The translations under genes were made by a program, and so were the position numbers. Under the pieces are notes generated by a model. It ran no database searches, was not told the origin of the DNA, and was given only the letters and a program-made list of their open reading frames with translations. Positions 56,092 through 64,000 of a stretch of DNA of 64,000 bases are shown here, piece after piece. Every line of letters begins with the position of its first letter. The first letter of the stretch is position 1. The stretch lies in NCBI RefSeq assembly GCF_000485595.1, contig NW_014577084.1:118431-182430 (forward strand), read 5' to 3'. The DNA is from Priapulus caudatus (taxonomy: Eukaryota).

Positions 56092-59000
56092 TGGGTGGAA
56101 AGGCTGTGGATATATTGGACCTCCTATACCACCTATATTCACATTTGTTGAAACATGCGATTCCCCACCCCCTGCGTATGGTTGTGGCCTATTGGAAAAG
56201 TCCGGAATTCCTCTATCAATAGCTGAGCCTCCACGCCTCGGGAAATCAGGTTGAATTGGTCCAATGTTGGTTCCAACGCCAATGTTTCTCAACTCTTTTG
56301 TGTCCAAATGTGGATTTTCATATTCATATTGATTGTGGCTAGTTCTGCGAAATGGGGGCCTACTATCAAAATTGGTGTTCCTGTGCGAAGGGGGCCTGCT
56401 ATCAAAATTGGTGTTTCTGTGCAAAGGGGGCCTGCTATCAAAATCAGTAAAGTGTTGCTCTCCTCCACGATAGCCATCATCTGTACCACCAAAATATTCA
56501 TAATAATCATAATCCGTATATTCATGTGGCTCGCCGTATGGTCGTTCTCCAAATCTTACAGGCGGAATTCTTCTGCTGTAAATCCCAGGAACGTTAGGTG
56601 TGTGTTTGGGGACGCCATAAGGCGTATCATATGGGTACTTATAAGGAGTGTAAACAAGCCCTCCTCCTGAACTTCCCCCGCCTCCTCCTCTCCCTCCTCC
56701 TCCAGCCCGTCGAATAACAGAACCACTGGCTGAGCCAGCCGTATCATTATTATTCAATTCTTGAGTTCTATTGTCTATTGGTGGTAACAAATTTATTAAC
56801 GGATTGCTCGGTGATGTCAGCGCTCTAGCAATAGTTGTCAGAGCTGGTTGTGGTGTTGAAATTGTTAAAACTGATGTTGCTTGATACATTCCACCCGGAG
56901 AGGGCGCCCTGATGTTGCGTGATTGATTCCACCTGATGCTGGCGTATTGACATTGTTCACTGATTGTGTGCGTTGACATTGAGTTCCACCCGAAGGGTTG
57001 GTTGCATATTGTTCTACAGATGGTTGGGTTGACATTGTGTCAATCTGATGGCTGCGGTTGACATTGATTCCATCTGATGGTTGCGCGTGACATTGTCACA
57101 AAGATGGTTGGGTTGACATTGTTTACCAAGATGGTTGGGTTGAACATTGATCCATCTGATGGCGCAGTTGACATGTTCTACCTGATGGTTGGGTTGACAT
57201 TGTTCCACCGAGTGGTTTGGGTTGACATGTTTCTACGCGGAGCCTAGATGGTTGGGTTGAGGCATTGCTTCAGCACGTGATTGTTGGGTTGATCACATTG
57301 TCCACCATGATGGTTGGGTTGACATATGTTCGACACGGCGATGGAGACGTTTGGCGGGTTGACATTCGTTCTCAGACCAAGATGGTTATGAGTTAGACAT
57401 GGTTCATATGAGATGGTTAGAGTTGACGACGAGCGCCAGGTGCTGAAGGGTTGAGTTGATATGTTTGTCATCGTGATGGGGGTGGTGCCAGTTGTTCCAC
57501 CACATCGGGTGGGTGAGTTGACAAATGGTTCCATCCTGATGGTTGGGTTACATTGTTGCACACCGTGACGACTGAGTTGACATTTCGCACCTGATGTTGG
57601 GTTGACATTTGTTCCACGCTGACGGTTGAGGTTGACATTGTTCGAACTGATGTTGGGTTGCCCCACTGAGTCTTTTATTGGGCGATGGCTCCGGAACGGT
57701 CTGGGGATCGTGTAATATGTGGATCAGATAAGTTAGGTTGAGCAAGGGTATGGTTTCACCTGCAACGGTTGGGTTGACATTGCTGGCGCACCTGGCGGTT
57801 GGATTTGAACATTGTCCCATCTGACACGGTTGGGTGAACATTGTTCCATCTGATGGTGAGTTGACATGTTCCACTTGTTGGTTAGGGATGAACATTGTTC
57901 ACCCAAGATGGTTGAGTTGACATTGGACCACCAGATGGTTTGGTTGACATGGTTCCAGTCTGGTGGTTGGTTGACATGTTGCATCTGATAATATTGAGTT
58001 GACATTGATTCCACCATGACGGTTGGGGGGGGTTGACAGAGTATGTTGATCCACGAGAGAAAAAAAAACCGGAAAAGACTGGTATAGGCGTTACATTGTT
58101 TCACCTGACGTTTGGTTGACAGACCTGTTCGGAGCCTGCGACGGTTGCGTAGGACATGTCCCATCCTGACGGTGGTGGGGTTGAAACATTGCTTCCATCC
58201 TGCATGGTCTGACGTTGAATTGTTCACACCAGGCGGAAGGTTGAGGTTGACATATGTTCCCACCACGATGGTCTGGTTACATGGTTCATCGTATGTTGGG
58301 CTTGCACGGATGTCTCCATCTGATGGTTGAAGTCCTGACATTGTTCCACCCTAAATGGTCTGAGTTGACATTGGTCGCACGCGAGGGAGGTTGGGTTATG
58401 AAACTTGTTCGCACCAGATGGTTGGGTTGAACATTGTTCGCAATACTGAGGGTGTTGGGTGACATTGTTCCACCTGCACCGGTTGGGTCGACATTGTTGC
58501 CACATTTGCTCGATGTTGGTTTTGCGCCAGTGTTTCAGCTGGACGGTTGGCGGGGTCATTCGCGGCTCCACCTAACGGGTGGTTGACATGTCCATATGAC
58601 GGTTGGTTGACATTGTTCGCCACTGCTGATTGGTCCGTCTGAGTTCTGACAATTGTCTTCCACTTGTTGTGGTTGGTTGAATTCGTTCCACCTGGATGTT
58701 TGGGAGTTGACACATGTTCCCAGGCCAGATGGTTGGGTTGAACATGGTTCCATCTGAATCGGTTGGCGTTGCTACAGTTGCGCATCTGGACCGGTTGGTG
58801 GACATTGTTGCACCTGATGGTTCAGTTGGCCCATTGTGCCACCTCGACTGCCGATTGACGTGACATTGTTCCATCCAGATGGTTGGACATCGGGTTCGCC
58901 GATCTGAGGTTGGGTATGACGATGGTGGTTCCATCTGATGTTGAGTTGACATTGTTGCCGCCCTGATGTTGAGTGAGCATTGTGTTCCACCAGAGGGTGT

Positions 59001-60147
59001 GGGTTTGACATGGTCTCCATCTGATGGTTGGGATTGTACATTGTCTCGCCATTCTGATCGGTCGAGGGTTTGACACTCTCGTTCCACCCTAACCTGCTTG
59101 ACGCTTGACATTGTTCCAGCCGCAGATGGTTTGGGTTGAGGGGAATTGTTCGCCACCCAGATGGTTGGGTCTTGACATTGCTCTGTGGTTGCTTGAACCT
59201 CATTGGGTTCCCACCTGGGGAAAAAACGGTTGGGTTGACATTCGGGCCGAACAGATCGGCCCTTGGTCTCCGACATTCGCGCGCGAGGGCCTGATGGTTG
59301 GGTACATTGTTCCATGCCTGATGCGTTGACGTTACACTTGTGTCCACCTGTTGGTTGGGTTGACATTGTTCACCCTGACGTTGGTTGACATTGTTCCAAT
59401 GATGGGTTGGGTTGCTCATTGTTTCAGCCTGACCGCGTCTGGGTGACATTGTTCCCACCTGACGGTTGGGTGACATGTTCCACGTCTGATGGTTAGTTGG
59501 CACTTGTTCCACCTGAAATGGTGTGAGTTGCGACAGTGTTACCCAGACCATGATGGTTGAGCCTGTGACATTGTCGCACGGCCCAGATGGCTTGGTCTGC
59601 TGACATTTGCTCTCCACAGATGGTTGAGTTTGACCGCATTGTTCCAGCTCTGAAGGCTGCCGTTGACATTGTAACCTCGGTCTACTTAGACGTGACACCC
59701 CACTCCAGTTGAAGCCGGGATGCCGTCCCGCGTAACCATTTGCTGTTAGGAACTGAGAGCTCTTGGCAATAACGTGAAGATGTATTACTTTTTGCGTCGT
59801 TTGTCTCAGCAAAAAATGATGCCCCTTTTCGCCTATCCTTGCCTTGTTACAAGTTGGGATTATCCTCTACGAAAAATGGCTGCCATTTTCATGCGTGTCG
59901 GGAAGGAGGTTCCTGCTGAACTACGGATCGATGGCATTGTTGTTGCGACTAGACTTATTCGAAAAGGCGCGTCGCCATTGCTGTTGCTACTCGGATCAGG
60001 TTCTGGCGTAGGATTGCGTCAGTGCTTACATCGCCCACATCTTCCTTTGGTTTTCGCTGACGTAGTGACGGTTGACTATCGTTGCAGCTGCTGGGCTCAG
60101 TTGCTACGGTCGGCCCCTTCGATGATCGTTGTTGACGTTGTATCTCC
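56092..60147 (-). other. Third copy of the giant-exon region; 56092-56880 is the cleanest reading of the Tyr/Gly/Pro-rich block
   Basis: ORF 56020-56979 contains YTPYKYPY...YTDYDYYEYF and (NTNFDSRPP)n. 56867-60147 appears identical to 51011-54291 (offset 5856, identical ORF translations). Confidence 0.75.
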
Positions 60148-60594
60148 NNNNNNNNNNNNNNNNNNNNNNNNNNNNNNNNNNNNNNNNNNNNNNNNNNNNN
60201 NNNNNNNNNNNNNNNNNNNNNNNNNNNNNNNNNNNNNNNNNNNNNNNNNNNNNNNNNNNNNNNNNNNNNNNNNNNNNNNNNNNNNNNNNNNNNNNNNNNN
60301 NNNNNNNNNNNNNNNNNNNNNNNNNNNNNNNNNNNNNNNNNNNNNNNNNNNNNNNNNNNNNNNNNNNNNNNNNNNNNNNNNNNNNNNNNNNNNNNNNNNN
60401 NNNNNNNNNNNNNNNNNNNNNNNNNNNNNNNNNNNNNNNNNNNNNNNNNNNNNNNNNNNNNNNNNNNNNNNNNNNNNNNNNNNNNNNNNNNNNNNNNNNN
60501 NNNNNNNNNNNNNNNNNNNNNNNNNNNNNNNNNNNNNNNNNNNNNNNNNNNNNNNNNNNNNNNNNNNNNNNNNNNNNNNNNNNNNNNNNNNNNN

Positions 60595-62372
60595 NTGTGT
60601 ATGTATGTGTTGTGTGTGTGTGTTGTGCTGTGATGGTTTGTGTTTGTGTTTGTGTGTGTGTTTTGTTTGTGTTGGTTTTACGTGTGTGTGCGTTGGGTGA
60701 TGGTGCGTGATCGTGCGTCGCGGTGAGCGGGTTCAACGGCGTCCGTACGTGCATGAATGTATTGTGTGTGCGTGCGGGCGTGCGTGCGTGCGTCCGTGCG
60801 TGCTCGGATTCAACGGCGTCTATGTAGAGAATATTTTGTGTGAACCAATTCGCAATCACTACATAATTAAGTGTCATATCGGTGTCGCATTAAGGTTATT
60901 GTTTTTTTTGTTTTTTTTAATGACACCTACACGTGCTGAACGTGTATTTACAAGCCACCAAACTATTTTAACGAAATATGCAATCGATTCGCGAAATTAT
61001 TTATGTGGTATAATTAGCTAAACGTGATATATATCCTACAAATCACGTCTATATGTAGAATCCCCATCAAAGTGTGTATTTACCAATGCTCCAGATAATA
61101 GCCAAGCAAACAATTTATTGATCGAAATAGCTAAATGGGCTGTCAAAAGTAATATTAATATAACTTTCACTACAATAATTAGAACTGGATCTATACCATA
61201 TATACTCACGCAATTAATCGCTGTTTGTCAAATTAGATATCCGACAGCTCGCTGCCAAAGCACTGGTGATGACGACAATGTACGTATATAAGTGCGAGTG
61301 AAACTTCGCAGCTTTATGCGAGAAACACATCTGTTACTGCATGCACGTATCACATAATATACTTGAAAGAAACTTTCACAATCAGAAGAAACGCGCTGAC
61401 GTCTTTGGTCACGACGATGACGACTTGGAAAAGCGAGAGTACTTGACAGACATCCCACTGCATGCAATTTTAAGGTCACATTAAATGCAGTCACCATGAG
61501 GTTCTAAACGCTACGGCCCGCTGCACGGCGCTTACTCCAACCCGTAGTGAAAGTATTGCATGCCCCATGGTTTCCCAAAACTGTTACACGCCCGCAATTC
61601 ATTGAACTCCCGTTCCCAGCGCTCACCAAAAATTGAGTCGTGAGAGCGCCTATTCCACCACTGGTCCGCTAGGTACGAGAGTCAATTCAGTAGCTCCGGG
61701 CGCGTAAGGTTACTGAACTTAATAACCAGAAGAGGTGAAAATGCCGCGCCGGACCCAGCTGGGTATATGCTTGCACCAGGCGGAGTGCTGTCGCAACTAG
61801 TCAAGCGTTACCATGCACACCTTTGCCCCGCGGCTCCCGCTGCGGCTAACTACATGAGGCGGATCCTCCATGTTCACGGTAAACCCAACCCAGATAGATG
61901 AGTCTTTGTCTAGGCGGCGCCGTGCTAACCACTCTGACCGCTGTCATCGTGTATGTAAGATTGCTGCGGGCGTGGGGGAGGGGGCAATTTCTCATCTGAT
62001 TGTCCAATTCGTAGGGGAGTAGGTTTCTATTCAAGTCCAAATGCTGGCGAGCGATTGAGGATGTTCTATCCATATTCGCGTTCTGTACATTCGTGTATTC
62101 ATGTATCGCCCCGTGAGCGTTCAGCACGCCAACGGCATTAACTTGCTTAAAGGGGGAGTTTACCTTAGGTTCTAGGGTTATTTTCAGCTAATTTAGGTTA
62201 TAATTACGCTACATAAAAAGTTTCATAGTTCAATGACCATTAGAAATATTATTAAAAAATGTTTAAAACTGACGACTACAGTTTGATTACAACGACGGTG
62301 GCGCCACTCAAGCGCACGATCTGATAAGTGCGCAAAACCACTTTCCAGCAAGGGCTACAGACGAGGGTGTTT
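60595..62372. repeat. Direct duplicate of about 54350-56091 (non-coding, upstream of the ZP gene)
   Basis: Colinear sequence differing mostly by single-base indels; both copies end at ...gagggtgtttctt. Confidence 0.8.
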
Positions 62373-63421
62373 CTTATTATTAATTTAAAAGCAAAAGGAT
62401 TGTAATATCTTATAAACGACATATAGTTTCAGTTATAATATGGATAAATTTGCCCTAAAATGAAAAAATCGTTCGGTTAAATAGCATTTAGGTATAAATA
62501 TAAATTGCACTTTTGTGATTAGCCCTCGGTCTGTAACCTGCAAATAAATTGTCAACTACGCAACTTTTTCGGTGGTGGCAGCACGGTCGCGGGTGTCATG
62601 GCGCCGTTCAAATTTCGTAGCGTTGATGTGTTATACTGTGTAAATAATTATAACAATTAAATTAGGTATCTGGTAACAAATACGTGTGGGTATAGACGAT
62701 TTGTTATACAGTAAGTACTGTTGTATGCAGTAAAATCCTAGAGGCTACTGTCCCTTTAAGAATACAACGCTGTGTGATCGGTGTACAGATATTCAAATGG
62801 TTCAGCTCTTGCTAGCCTATTAGAGAAACGCAGAGGTCGGTCGCGACGGTGTGAACTATTGCGATATACTGTGATATATTGTTATATATTGCGATATACT
62901 ATGATATATTGTGATATACTGTGATATATTGCGATATGTTGCCCTATTGTGTACACATTCCCGTGTACGCATCCCTACGCACGTGAGTATGTACTTTCCA
63001 ATTTGCGCGCGCGTGGGCGTGCACACGGACGTGTGTACGTGCGTGCCTACATGTGTGCATGCGTGCGTGCGTGCGTGTGTGCGTGCTTGTACTGAGAGTG
63101 TTACGTATTGTAATGCGTATTCTATAAATAGTTACAAGAGTTAATAATACATTATTAGATAATATTAGCTCTTGATAGTTATGTTTTTATTAGCAATAGG
63201 ATCTTCTGTTTAATTTCACATATAGTTACGGCGAGGAGCACCCACGCTCAATGCAGAAGCGGTTACACCGCCATGTAGAACCACGCATCCAATATCATTA
63301 CGGCTATAGGTTTCAGATGTGCCACTGCACGAAATTTCCAAATTCTATTGTACGAATATTTACAATGTAACAATAACCTATTATCGCAGCTGCTTTGCCT
63401 CTATTCGCGTTTGTGTTATGC

Positions 63422-63853
63422 TAGGGGCACACGAGCGATTTTTATCGCCCGATCGCGGCGATTAAAATTGCCAGCGAATTTAATCGCCCGATCACGAAGG
63501 GGCACACGTAGCGATTTTTATCGCCCGATCACGAAGGGGCACACGTGACGTAGCGAATTTGAGAGCGTACGCGCACGCCACTCGACAAAACATTTAACAT
63601 CACATGATATCAACAACACGTCCGATTGGTTTAGAAAAATCGATCGGGCGAAAAAACACGCCGGTCACGGGCACACGAGCGATAATAATCGCCCGGCGTA
63701 AATAATCGCCCGAAAATATCTAACATTTTGGATACGGGCGATTCGGTCGGCCGATTAAAATCGGCGTCGACGTGAACGGGCACACGGGCGATTTCTTCGA
63801 GCGATTTCAAAATTCGCGGCGATCGGGCGATAAAAATCGCTCGTGTGCCCCTA
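63422..63853. mobile_element. ~430-bp MITE with internally reiterated terminal motif
   Basis: TIR TAGGGGCACACGAGCGATTTTTATCGCCCGATCG / CGATCGGGCGATAAAAATCGCTCGTGTGCCCCTA; GGGCACACG repeats several times inside. Confidence 0.8.
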
Positions 63854-64000
63854 CCATTAGAAGACAAATCAAATTACTTTCAGTATTTGCTTTTTTCTAT
63901 CGTGTACACGGCATATATTAGGTTCACCATAGATAGTTGAATAATAGTGATAAATTAAATCCCCTATAATAAGACGAGTTATGTCATCTATTTATTTTGT

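Noticed and set aside
43971..59812. Many Q/C/N/H-rich ORFs (e.g. 52916-53956, 58772-59812, 44552-45052)
   Set aside because: They are alternative-frame readings ([17 protein letters not shown]) of the frameshifted 27-bp repeat, not separate genes.

Overview
Animal genomic DNA with GT-AG introns, dense microsatellites and many short non-autonomous transposons. An invertebrate, possibly annelid/lophotrochozoan, origin is my inference only. Three protein-coding genes can be rebuilt by hand. (1) A 25-exon TRPA1-like ankyrin-repeat cation channel on + (1132-17758, ~1251 aa; all exon phases are consistent). (2) A two-exon, putatively N-acylated globin X-like gene on - (25496-30230, 205 aa) whose only coding intron is at E10.2. 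Its flanks are duplicated in the order expected of a tandem gene pair, with the missing exons possibly hidden in N-gaps. (3) A very large ZP-domain membrane protein on - (33849 to at least 47302, roughly 3400 aa). It has one ~9-kb exon built from several kinds of repeat: a 144-aa duplicated module, (TMSTQPSGG)n, a Tyr/Gly-rich block and 29-aa GVGVP/PSYPGG units. From about 41.3 kb onward much of the sequence is indel-ridden and repeated, including an apparently identical 3.3-kb duplicate. This looks like gap filling with raw long reads, so frames there are unreliable. Also present: a CR1/L2-type LINE fragment, several MITE families, Helitron/Helentron-like short elements and a 756-bp foldback element.
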